From assembly GCA_015059545.1 (NCBI GenBank), contig SVAG01000001.1, positions 64,970 through 128,969 on the forward strand: a stretch of DNA of 64,000 nucleotides, given 5' to 3'. Below, piece after piece: positions 36,686-45,852 of the stretch (the stretch's first letter is position 1; each line of letters opens with the position of its first letter). Both the position numbers and the translations under genes were made by a program. The notes below the pieces were generated by a model. The model was not told where the DNA came from and did no database searches. It saw only the letters and a list, made by a program, of their open reading frames with translations. This DNA comes from Lactobacillales bacterium (GTDB taxonomy: Bacteria > Bacillota_I > Bacilli_A > RF39 > UBA660).

Positions 36686-38188
36686 ATGAAGATTTTTACT
36701 AAGTTTATATTGATCATTTTTATGTTTTTTATATCAATTAATAAAAATATTTTAGCATCACCAGGATGTTGTTCCTGGCATGGAGGAGAAGTAGGATGCA
36801 GTGGTGGAAGAACTTTATGTAGTGATGGAACAGTTTCAGCATGCCCATGCGACGGAAACTCTTCATCATCATTTTATTCTATAGATGATAATACAAACAA
36901 CAATGCTGATGGAGAAAATTTTATTTCTACTATTGGTTTAATATTTATTTTTTTATGTGGTATGACTATTTTAGGGCTTATTATTAATCTGATTGAACGT
37001 AATAATGTTAATAGACAAAAAAAGAAAAGAGAAAAAGAACTAATAAAAACAATTGAAAGAGAAAAATTAATTCAGACACAAAAGGAAGCTAACATTGAAT
37101 ATATTATAGAAACAAAAGCTGAAAAAGTTCGAGATTATATTGATAATATAGATGAATTTGAAATAAGCAGATTTACAAGTGATGATTTAATAAAAATTAT
37201 TGATTCCCACAATGAAAGTGTATTTTATATTTTTGATATAATTTATAAAAAATATAATAGTTCCACTGAAAGAAAAATTTTTGATAATATATGTGATAAA
37301 ATTTTAGAAAATAAAAAAATAACTTTATTTCAAAATAAATGTATAAAATACATAATAGACAATCGAATGTTAGATGATTATGAATTTATATTTTTAAAAT
37401 TATTAGAAAAACAACATGTCAAATTAATTAAATATATATTAAATAATTGTAAAGATGTTGATTTTTCATTCAACGATTACGATGATTCAAAAAATTTATT
37501 TAACAATTTATTAAAAATTAATGATTTAGAATTAGTTAAAAAAATATCTAAACAAAAAAATATTTTTGTTGATATTGATATGAATTTATTAAAAGAAACT
37601 AAAAACATAAACATTGAGAATAAATATAAATTTTTATCAATATTTTCTAAAAAAGACAAATATTCAAATATATATATATATGAATTAATCCATGAAGACA
37701 TTAATTCAAAAGATGATGATGATATTATCAAATCAATTAATAATTATTCTAAAATGAAAGATTTTTTAGAAGAAAATGGTTATTATATAGTATATTTGTT
37801 GATTAAATCGCGAAATGTCAATTGCATAGAATATATTTTAAAAAATTATAAAAATATTAATTTAGATAAAAAAATAGATGAATCAGAAACAAAATATAAA
37901 GGATTGACACCACTAATTTATGCCTGTTATAAAAAATCTATTAATATAGTTGAGATGTTAATTAATTATGGCGCAGATGGTAATTGTGGAGATGAAAATG
38001 ATAATACTCCATTAGAATATGCATGTAATTTAAGAAATATAAAAATTAGTAAATTTTTATTTGAAAAAGGATATAGATTAAAAACAGAAGATGATAATTA
38101 TTGGATAGAAAGGGCAATAATAAAAAAAGAATCAGAATATTTACCATCACCATATGTTTCTAAAATATATGAATTGAAATCAAAATAA
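36686..38188 (+). CDS. Ankyrin-repeat membrane protein: signal peptide, extracytoplasmic Cys-rich module, one TM helix, large cytoplasmic domain ending in ANK repeats
   Basis: Start at ATG 36686 after SD GAGGTG. CCSWHGGEVGCSGGRTLCSDGTVSACPCDG module. TM helix ISTIGLIFIFLCGMTILGLIINLI followed by RNNVNRQKKKREKE. C-terminal ANK repeats GLTPLIYACYKKSINIVEMLINYGADGN and DNTPLEYACNLRNIKISKFLFEKGY. Confidence 0.7.
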   Translation: MKIFTKFILIIFMFFISINKNILASPGCCSWHGGEVGCSGGRTLCSDGTVSACPCDGNSSSSFYSIDDNTNNNADGENFISTIGLIFIFLCGMTILGLIINLIERNNVNRQKKKREKELIKTIEREKLIQTQKEANIEYIIETKAEKVRDYIDNIDEFEISRFTSDDLIKIIDSHNESVFYIFDIIYKKYNSSTERKIFDNICDKILENKKITLFQNKCIKYIIDNRMLDDYEFIFLKLLEKQHVKLIKYILNNCKDVDFSFNDYDDSKNLFNNLLKINDLELVKKISKQKNIFVDIDMNLLKETKNINIENKYKFLSIFSKKDKYSNIYIYELIHEDINSKDDDDIIKSINNYSKMKDFLEENGYYIVYLLIKSRNVNCIEYILKNYKNINLDKKIDESETKYKGLTPLIYACYKKSINIVEMLINYGADGNCGDENDNTPLEYACNLRNIKISKFLFEKGYRLKTEDDNYWIERAIIKKESEYLPSPYVSKIYELKSK

Positions 38189-38265
38189 GCTGTTTATAGA
38201 CATAAATGTAGATTTATATGAAAATTGGAGTCAAACATCGGGATTAGTAAAAATAAAAAAGAAAT

Positions 38266-38293
38266 AAAACAAGAAAATATTTTTCTTGTTTTT
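38266..38293 (+). terminator. Rho-independent terminator
   Basis: aacaagaaaa / ttttcttgtt stem with loop tat, then TTT. Confidence 0.6.
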
Positions 38294-38328
38294 ATGTTAT
38301 AATGTTAAAAGAATAATAAGGTGATAAA

Positions 38329-39540
38329 ATGAAAAAAGTATTAATAAGTATTCTAACTTTTTTTCTTCTTACAATAAATGTAAATGCTTTAAATTTATCA
38401 AGTAAAAATGCAGTGCTTTATAATATGAATGAAGATAAAATAGTATATGAATTAAATAAAGATAAAAAAACAAGTATAGCAAGTCTTACTAAAATAATGA
38501 CCACATTAGTAGCTATAGAAAATATAGAAGATTATAATAAAAAAGTAACACTTAAATATACAATGTTTACAGGCTTAGCAGAACAAAATGCATATGTTAT
38601 TGGCTTAAGAAGTGGACAAGTAGTAACATATAATGATTTACTTTATGGAATGTTTCTAGCAAGTGGGGCAGATGCTACTAGAGCTATAGCTATATCTGTT
38701 GCAGGTACTGAAGAAGAATATGTTAAATTAATGAATAAAAAAGCTAAAGAACTAGGAATGAATAACACTAATTTTAAAAACACAACAGGGTTAGATGAAA
38801 ATGGTCAATATTCAACAGTAAATGATGTTGCTATATTACTTAAAAATGCTTTAAAAAGTGAAAAATTTAAAGAAATATTTTTAACAGAATCATATACGTT
38901 TAAAGATAAAAGTATGACTGTAAAGAGTTCATTTAAAAATACAGCAAAAACATATAATTACAAAGTTGATTATGTAAAAGGAGCAAAAACAGGATATACA
39001 TTTGATGCAGGTAAATGTTTAGCTTCGATTGCCTTAGATAAAGAAAATAATATAGAATATTTACTTATTACAACTAATGCATCAACTGATAAAAGTGATG
39101 CTTATCACGTAAAAGATGCTGTAACTATTTATAATCATTATTTTAATAATTATAAATATCATAATTTAGTAGATAAAGATGATTTATTACTAACACTTAA
39201 AACAAAATATAGTAAAGAAAAAAGTGTAAATATATATGCTACAGAAGATATAAAATATTATTTAGAAAATACATTTAAAAAAGAAAATGTTAAATTAAAA
39301 TATGCAGGTACTAATATTATTACAACAGATATGAAAAAAGGAACTAAATTAGGTAAAATAGAAGTAATATATGAAGGTAATGTATTAGATACAATTGATA
39401 TTGAACTACCAAAACAAATAAAATTTTCTATTTTAGAATATTTAAAAATAAATATTAAATATGTTATATTATTAATAATTATTATTGTACTATTATTTAG
39501 TATAATAATTATTAAACTAATAAAAAGAAGGAGAAAGTAA
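38329..39540 (+). CDS. dac: D-alanyl-D-alanine carboxypeptidase (PBP5/DacB/DacF-type, S11 peptidase) with a C-terminal membrane anchor
   Basis: 403 aa. Signal peptide. SxxK (SLTKIMT), SGN-like and KTG motifs. C-terminal TM helix plus RRRK. Confidence 0.85.
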   Translation: MKKVLISILTFFLLTINVNALNLSSKNAVLYNMNEDKIVYELNKDKKTSIASLTKIMTTLVAIENIEDYNKKVTLKYTMFTGLAEQNAYVIGLRSGQVVTYNDLLYGMFLASGADATRAIAISVAGTEEEYVKLMNKKAKELGMNNTNFKNTTGLDENGQYSTVNDVAILLKNALKSEKFKEIFLTESYTFKDKSMTVKSSFKNTAKTYNYKVDYVKGAKTGYTFDAGKCLASIALDKENNIEYLLITTNASTDKSDAYHVKDAVTIYNHYFNNYKYHNLVDKDDLLLTLKTKYSKEKSVNIYATEDIKYYLENTFKKENVKLKYAGTNIITTDMKKGTKLGKIEVIYEGNVLDTIDIELPKQIKFSILEYLKINIKYVILLIIIIVLLFSIIIIKLIKRRRK

Positions 39541-39541
39541 T

Positions 39542-39970
39542 ATGAAAATGACACAAGAACAAATGAATGAACATTTAAATGGAAAATATGAAAGTAAAAT
39601 ATGGGCAACTATTATGGCTAATAATGATGTTTTAATGGAATATGCATTGAAATATGGAGCATCAGCAGGTTCAGTAGGGGCACTAACTAATGAATATTGT
39701 TATATAGGATTAATTGAAGATAGATTAGATGTAGTTGTTTTAAATAATTTTAGTTCTAAAAAAGAATATGAATTTAGTATAAATTTAAATGATATAACTA
39801 AAATAAAAATAAAAAAGAGTATTATTCCAAATAGAAGAGTATTAATTCTATATCTAAATAATAATAAAGAAATTAAAATTTCAATTATGAATAATGCCAA
39901 AGGAACAAATATAAAAAATCAAAAAGAAAATGTTAATCTATTAATAGAAAAACTAAAAAAAATACGTTAA
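39542..39970 (+). CDS. Hypothetical protein (142 aa)
   Basis: Start 2 nt after the dac stop. No recognisable motif. Confidence 0.5.
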   Translation: MKMTQEQMNEHLNGKYESKIWATIMANNDVLMEYALKYGASAGSVGALTNEYCYIGLIEDRLDVVVLNNFSSKKEYEFSINLNDITKIKIKKSIIPNRRVLILYLNNNKEIKISIMNNAKGTNIKNQKENVNLLIEKLKKIR

Positions 39971-39979
39971 TCGTATTTT

Positions 39980-40747
39980 TTATTTTAAACAAATAAGTGC
40001 TATATTTCTACCACTATTAACCCCATCACTTCTATGTGAATGAATTAATTCATGATTACACTTTGAACACATATCTGCTGATATAATGTTTTCTTCTTTT
40101 AAACCTGAATTCATCATAACTTGTTTATTAATTGATATAGTATCAATATAGTATTTTTGTTTATTATCTTTAACATCACCTAATTCAATACAACTATTAA
40201 TATCAATATCTTTAAATTCATCAATAAATAAGTCTTTAACATCACTATCTACTTCAAAACAACACTTCATTATACTAGGACATATATAAGCTTCAATATT
40301 TTTTGGATCACAACTATAATTAGATATCATTAAATTAATCGCATTTTTTACAATTCTATTTAAAGTACCCTTCCATCCTGAATGAATGTTTCCTATAACT
40401 TGTTTTTCTTTATCATAAAGAAGTATTCCTTGACAATCAGCTAAATTAGTAATAAGTGCCACATTTTTAAGATTCGTAATTAACCCATCCGTATCTTTAA
40501 ATTCATCATTAATATTTTCTTCAGTAACAACTTCTACATTATTTGTATGTGTTTGATTACTTTTAACAATTTTTCTAAATTTATAATTTAAAGAATTTTG
40601 TAATTTAATAAAATTACAATTTATTTCTTCTTCAGATATTAGATTAAATCTAAAATTATATGGTTTAAATGTAAATAAATTAATAGTATCTAATTTAGAA
40701 AAACTCATAAAATGTAAATTATTATTAATAAGTATATCTTTATTCAT
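39980..40747 (-). CDS. pgeF: Peptidoglycan editing factor PgeF / YfiH (DUF152, laccase-domain protein)
   Basis: 255 aa. Motifs NLADCQGILLYD, HSGWKGT, CPSIMKCCFEVD and C-terminal HSHRSDG match YfiH. Confidence 0.75.
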   Translation of the reverse strand: MNKDILINNNLHFMSFSKLDTINLFTFKPYNFRFNLISEEEINCNFIKLQNSLNYKFRKIVKSNQTHTNNVEVVTEENINDEFKDTDGLITNLKNVALITNLADCQGILLYDKEKQVIGNIHSGWKGTLNRIVKNAINLMISNYSCDPKNIEAYICPSIMKCCFEVDSDVKDLFIDEFKDIDINSCIELGDVKDNKQKYYIDTISINKQVMMNSGLKEENIISADMCSKCNHELIHSHRSDGVNSGRNIALICLK

Positions 40748-40846
40748 AAAATCACCTATAATAATTTTATCATAAATTATATTAATATTTAAAATTTGTT
40801 ATTTGACAAAATATAAAAAATATATTAAGTATATAATGGTGGTATT

Positions 40847-42370
40847 ATGAATGATAAAATATGTGGATATTATCTAGATAAAGAACAGAAAAAAATAGTA
40901 TTAGATAAAAGTAAATATTTGTTAGTTGTAGCAGGTGCAGGGGCTGGTAAAACTCTAACTATTTTAGGTAAAATAAATTACTTAGTAAAATATAAAAAAA
41001 TAAATAAAGATGATATTTTATGTATATCATTTACAAAAGCTTCATCAGATAGTTTAAAAGATAAAATAAAACAAGAATTTAATCTAGATATGAAAGTATA
41101 TACATTTCACAAATTATCACTAGAAATATTAAAAGAAAATAAAATAAGATACAATATTGCAGACTCTAATACATTAGATGATATCATTCATAAATTCATA
41201 TATATAGATGTGTTAAATAGTAAAAAATATATGAAAAGAATACTTAAATATTTTAAGATAAAATATAAAAATAAAAATGAATATATAAAATTTATAGAAA
41301 AAAATGAACATGTGGAAATGTTTGAAAAATTAATATCAACATTTATTCATTTATTTAAATGTAATGGGTATAAATTAGAAGACTTTAATTCATTTTTAAA
41401 GAACGCAAAAAGAAAAATATTTAAATATAGATATAATAAAAACTTTTTAATAATAGTATTAAATATATATTTAGAATATGAAAACTATTTAAAAGAAAAT
41501 AAAGAAATAGATTTTGATGATATGATAATTAAAGCAACTAATTTAGTAAGTAAAAAAGGAATAAAACATAAATATAAATATGTAATAATAGATGAATATC
41601 AAGATACATCATTAGTAAGATTTAACTTAATAAAAGAAATATTAGATAAAACAGCTTCTAAACTAATGGTAGTAGGAGATGATTTTCAATCTATATATAG
41701 ATTTACTGGTTGTGATATATCACTATTTTTAAATTTCAAAAAATATTTTAATAAAGCAAAAATATTAAAAATACAAAATACATATAGAAATAGTCAAGAA
41801 TTAATAGATATAGCTGGTAATTTTGTAATGAAAAATAAAAATCAAATAAATAAAAAGTTAAAATCAAATAAACATATAAATAAACCTATAAAAATAATTT
41901 ATTATGAAAATATAAGAAGAAAATTTATAGAATTAATAACAGAAATATATGAAAAAACAAATAAACCTATACTTATATTAGGAAGAAATAATAAGGATAT
42001 AAATATATTATTAAGTGATAAAATTAAATTAGAAAATGATAATTTAATTTATATAGATAACCAAAATATAAAAATGAGATATTTAACAGTACATAAATCA
42101 AAAGGATTAGAAGAAGAAAATACAATAATTATTAATTTAGAAGATAAATTGTTAGGATTTCCTAATAAAATAGAAGATTCTAATCTACTTAAATTTGTAT
42201 CAAAAAATAAAGAAAAATATTTGTATGCAGAAGAAAGAAGACTTTTTTATGTAGCACTTACTAGAACAAAGAATAAGACATATTTATTAGTTCTTAAAAA
42301 TAAAGAATCCATATTCATACAAGAATTAATAAAAAATTATAGAGAAAAAATAGATATAGATATGCTATAA
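40847..42370 (+). CDS. Compact UvrD/Rep-family (SF1) helicase, 507 aa
   Basis: Walker A AGAGAGKT, motif II DEYQDTS, and the C-terminal UvrD signature VHKSKGLE…RLFYVALTRTK. Much shorter than PcrA/UvrD. Solitary. Confidence 0.8.
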   Translation: MNDKICGYYLDKEQKKIVLDKSKYLLVVAGAGAGKTLTILGKINYLVKYKKINKDDILCISFTKASSDSLKDKIKQEFNLDMKVYTFHKLSLEILKENKIRYNIADSNTLDDIIHKFIYIDVLNSKKYMKRILKYFKIKYKNKNEYIKFIEKNEHVEMFEKLISTFIHLFKCNGYKLEDFNSFLKNAKRKIFKYRYNKNFLIIVLNIYLEYENYLKENKEIDFDDMIIKATNLVSKKGIKHKYKYVIIDEYQDTSLVRFNLIKEILDKTASKLMVVGDDFQSIYRFTGCDISLFLNFKKYFNKAKILKIQNTYRNSQELIDIAGNFVMKNKNQINKKLKSNKHINKPIKIIYYENIRRKFIELITEIYEKTNKPILILGRNNKDINILLSDKIKLENDNLIYIDNQNIKMRYLTVHKSKGLEEENTIIINLEDKLLGFPNKIEDSNLLKFVSKNKEKYLYAEERRLFYVALTRTKNKTYLLVLKNKESIFIQELIKNYREKIDIDML

Positions 42371-42390
42371 TATTAAAGATAGGAGTAAGT

Positions 42391-42462
42391 TATGAAAAAG
42401 AAAGTATTTTTAGCAAGTATAATATTATTAATAGGAATAATATTTCCAATAATTAAAAATTA
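42391..42462 (+). other. 23-aa hydrophobic peptide ORF (MKKKVFLASIILLIGIIFPIIKN), either an orphan signal-peptide remnant or a small membrane peptide
   Basis: ATG 8 nt after AGGAGT. A second 22-aa ORF follows at 42476..42544. Confidence 0.3.
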
Positions 42463-42678
42463 AAAGAATTAGGAATGGAAGATATGGATTCATTAAAACA
42501 GGAATTCTATCAAAAATATGTGGATATTGTAAAAGTGTTATAATAAAAGAATCTAATGAATGGGTGATTAGTAAAAAAATTTGTATTCACCAAAGATAAA
42601 AAATTTTGTTTTTTTTCAAATAATATGATACAATGTAAAAACCGAATTATAGTAGTACCATAGAAAGGTAAGATAAAA

Positions 42679-43299
42679 ATGAGTAATTTTTCAATACAAA
42701 ATAATGAAGTAGATCATTTAATGTTAAAATATGAATTTGCATTAGAAGAACTTATAACTCAACTTAAAATATCAATCAAAGAGTTTGAATTTAATAATAA
42801 TAAACAAATAGTTGAACATATAAAAACAAGAATTAAATCAAAAGAAAGTGCAATTAAAAAACTAGATTCTAAGGGATATGAAATAAATATAGATAATTTA
42901 AAAAATCATATACATGATATGGTAGGAGTTAGAATAGTATGTTCATTTTTACCTGATGTTTATGATATAGTCAATATTATTGATAATGCTAAAAATTTAA
43001 AAATAAAAGAAAAAAGAGATTATATAGAGACTCCAAAGAAATCAGGTTATTCAAGTTATCATATCATAGTAGAAGTACCTATATATTTAGAAAAAGGAAT
43101 AGAATATATAGAAGCAGAAATTCAAATAAGGACTATGGCAATGGATTTTTGGGCAAGTCTAGATCATAAATTACAATATAAATTTAGTGATGTAATTCCA
43201 GAAGAAGTAAAAAAAGAAATGTATGATTGTTCGTTAGCAATAAAAAGACTAGATAACAAAATGTTAGGATTACATGAAATTGTAAATAAATACAAATAA
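42679..43299 (+). CDS. relQ: Small alarmone synthetase (RelQ/RelP, RelA-SpoT synthetase-domain protein)
   Basis: 206 aa. Nucleotidyltransferase motifs GVRIVCSF, SGYSSYHIIVEV, QIRTMAMDFWASLDHK. Confidence 0.88.
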   Translation: MSNFSIQNNEVDHLMLKYEFALEELITQLKISIKEFEFNNNKQIVEHIKTRIKSKESAIKKLDSKGYEINIDNLKNHIHDMVGVRIVCSFLPDVYDIVNIIDNAKNLKIKEKRDYIETPKKSGYSSYHIIVEVPIYLEKGIEYIEAEIQIRTMAMDFWASLDHKLQYKFSDVIPEEVKKEMYDCSLAIKRLDNKMLGLHEIVNKYK

Positions 43300-43327
43300 A
43301 AAAACTGATTTAAAATCAGTTTTTTTT
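43300..43327. terminator. Bidirectional terminator between relQ and convergent glmS
   Basis: aactgatt / aatcagtt stem flanked by A6 and T7. Confidence 0.7.
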
Positions 43328-45124
43328 CTATTCTACTGTGACAGACTTAGCTAAATTTTTAGGTTGATCTATACTGCATTCTCTTAATTTAGCAACCTCA
43401 TATGAAATTAATTGTAAAGGTACAACAGTTAAAAGTGGTTGTAATAATTTATGAACTTTAGGAACTTCTATTTTGTAATCAAATTTACTATTAATATCAC
43501 TATTAGTAACTCCAATAGTAACAGCTCCTCTTGATTTTACTTCTTCAATATTACTAATAGTTTTTAAAATTAAATCTTCTTCAGTTAAAATACCAATTAC
43601 AGGTGTACCTTCTTCAATTAAAGAAATAGTACCGTGTTTAAGTTCTCCAGCAGCATATGCTTGACTATTAATATATGATATTTCTTTTAATTTTAACGAA
43701 CCTTCCATAGATAAAGCATAATCAATACCTCTACCTATAAAGAATATATTATCATTTTTATAAATTGCTTCTGCAATATTAGTATAATCACTATTTAAAA
43801 TAGTATTTTCTATTTTTACTGGTAATTCTTTAATGTCTTTTAATATTTCTTTTATTTCTTCTTTGTCAATATTACCTTTAGCATTAGCTAAATTAAGAGC
43901 AATAAGACTTAACATAGCAACTTGAGCTGAATAAGCTTTAGTAGTAGCAACTGCTATTTCTCTACCGGCTTTAATTTTAAGTAAAACATCAGCTTCACGA
44001 GCCATAGTACTACCTTCAACATTAACGATTGCTAATGTATCAATATTATCGTCCTTAGCTTTTCTTAAAGCAGCTAAAGTATCTGCAGTTTCACCAGATT
44101 GTGAAACAACAATAACTAAAGTTTTATCATCATAAAAATTCTTTTTATATCTATATTCACTAGCAACTTCTACATTAACAGGAACATCAGCAAATTCTTC
44201 AATTAAACTTTTTCCTACTAAACCTGTATGGTAAGCACTACCACAAGCTACTATATCGATACGATTATATTTAGTAAAATCAGGCATTGTATCAATAAGT
44301 GAATCAATACCATTTTCTAAATATGGTGATACAGTATCTCTAAATACTTTAGGTTGTTCATGAATTTCTTTTAACATGTAATGATCATATCCACATTTAT
44401 CAGTGTTATCTACAGATTTATCGATTAGTTTAAAATTACTTTCAACTTCTTTTAAATCTTTATCAAATAAAGTAATACTATCATTAGTAATTTCGGCAAT
44501 GATATTTTCTTCTAAATACATAACACTATCAGCATATTTAGATACTGCAATAGTATCAGATGCTATAAAATTACCATTTTCTCCTTTAGCAATTATTAAA
44601 GGACTATCTTTTCTAACAGAATAAATAGTATCTGAATCTTTAGTCATTACTCCTAATGCATAAGAACCTTTAACTTTATCCATAAATTTTACTAAAGCTT
44701 CTTTTATATCATTACATTCTTTATAATAATAATCAATTAAACCACAAGCTATTTCAGTATCAGTTGTAGTATTAAATTTGTATCCGTTATTCATTAATTC
44801 TTTTTTTATTTCATTAAAATTTTCAATAATTCCATTATGAACTATAGTAACATCACCTACATGATGAGGATGACTATTAGTAAGATTAACTTCTCCATGA
44901 GTAGCCCATCTAGTATGTCCTATTCCCATACATGTATCTATATCAAAATCTATTTTTTGTTCAAGTTCATTTATTTTACCTACACTTTTAACAATATTAA
45001 TTTCATTATTTTTATATGCAACACCAGCCGAATCATAACCCCTATATTCTAAAGCTTTAAGCCCGTCAATTAAAATGCGTAAAGTATTATTCCCTTTACC
45101 ATTATAACCAACTATTCCACACAT
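43328..45124 (-). CDS. glmS: Glutamine--fructose-6-phosphate aminotransferase
   Basis: 598 aa. N-terminal MCGIVGY (Ntn glutaminase Cys), two SIS domains, C-terminal …KSVTVE. SD GGAGG. Confidence 0.95.
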   Translation of the reverse strand: MCGIVGYNGKGNNTLRILIDGLKALEYRGYDSAGVAYKNNEINIVKSVGKINELEQKIDFDIDTCMGIGHTRWATHGEVNLTNSHPHHVGDVTIVHNGIIENFNEIKKELMNNGYKFNTTTDTEIACGLIDYYYKECNDIKEALVKFMDKVKGSYALGVMTKDSDTIYSVRKDSPLIIAKGENGNFIASDTIAVSKYADSVMYLEENIIAEITNDSITLFDKDLKEVESNFKLIDKSVDNTDKCGYDHYMLKEIHEQPKVFRDTVSPYLENGIDSLIDTMPDFTKYNRIDIVACGSAYHTGLVGKSLIEEFADVPVNVEVASEYRYKKNFYDDKTLVIVVSQSGETADTLAALRKAKDDNIDTLAIVNVEGSTMAREADVLLKIKAGREIAVATTKAYSAQVAMLSLIALNLANAKGNIDKEEIKEILKDIKELPVKIENTILNSDYTNIAEAIYKNDNIFFIGRGIDYALSMEGSLKLKEISYINSQAYAAGELKHGTISLIEEGTPVIGILTEEDLILKTISNIEEVKSRGAVTIGVTNSDINSKFDYKIEVPKVHKLLQPLLTVVPLQLISYEVAKLRECSIDQPKNLAKSVTVE

Positions 45125-45137
45125 AAAAAAACCTCCA

Positions 45138-45287
45138 TCTAATATGTGTGTGATATATTCTTTGTTATAATCTTGATTTTATTTTTTAAAATATATCTAT
45201 CGAGTACACATCCCGTAGTAGCATCCGCCGAATATTCGATAACTACTATCCTCGTCAACCTTTTTAGGTTCTGGCGCTAAATATATG
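45138..45287 (-). ncRNA. glmS ribozyme: glmS ribozyme (GlcN6P-responsive self-cleaving riboswitch) in the glmS 5' UTR
   Basis: Minus-strand read gives AGCGCCAGAACC (cleavage-site core), GACGAGGA, and UUUAUCGAAUAUUCGGCGGAUGC with the flanking UAGUAG / CUACUA pairing. Compare B. subtilis AGCGCCCGAACU…GACGAGGA…UUAUCGAAUUUUCGGCGGAUGC. Sits immediately 5' of the glmS SD. Confidence 0.85.
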
Positions 45288-45363
45288 ATTTACTCCTTTC
45301 AACATATACCTTCATATACATTATATACTAAACTAAAAAAAATGCCAATAAAAAAAAAGGATA

Positions 45364-45726
45364 TTATCCCTTTTTAATTTTAATTATGAAAGGTTCCTCA
45401 TCAAAAAATTCCCCATTCTCGTTAATTAAATTTACAGAATCTTCTTCAATATACTCCATAGGTTCTTTTGTATTTGGAACAAAAGTTTCGTTAACTGCAA
45501 TTTCAACAATTTCTTCTGTTGTAAGAACTCTTACACAAGCAAGTGAACTTTTTTCCATTTGAGAAGAACGAACAGAAACCACTTTTTCTAGACATTCATA
45601 AATATCATCTTCTTCAGCATCTTTAGCTAAAGGATGATCAACAATAAGCTTTAAATATTTTAAAATTGCTGATTTTTTCATTAAATATGATTGTTTTAAT
45701 TCATCTATTTTATCATTTTTTACCAT
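45364..45726 (-). CDS. Hypothetical acidic protein (120 aa)
   Basis: SD-like AGGGAG before ATG. Acidic C-terminus (EYIEEDSVNLINENGEFFDEEPF). Upstream of the glmS ribozyme on the same strand. Confidence 0.5.
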   Translation of the reverse strand: MVKNDKIDELKQSYLMKKSAILKYLKLIVDHPLAKDAEEDDIYECLEKVVSVRSSQMEKSSLACVRVLTTEEIVEIAVNETFVPNTKEPMEYIEEDSVNLINENGEFFDEEPFIIKIKKG

Positions 45727-45852
45727 TTTAAAACTCCCTTCAGTTAGATATTATAATAGCACGCCTAAATATAAAAAGTCAATCAAGTTTTATTTTATTA
45801 TATTATATTTGATATTTATATAAATATACATTATAATTAAGTTGGTGGTATC

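Noticed and set aside
36521-40000. Possible genomic island bounded by a duplicated tRNA-His 3' end
   Set aside because: No direct repeat of the tRNA 3' segment (ccccatatcgcgcccca) was found downstream. Only a 6-mer chance match is present. No integrase. The island hypothesis is kept only as a weak possibility in the findings.
39980-42370. Gabija-like (GajA-GajB) defence pair around the UvrD-like helicase
   Set aside because: The upstream gene is PgeF on the opposite strand. No OLD/TOPRIM ATPase partner is present. A lone helicase is insufficient evidence.
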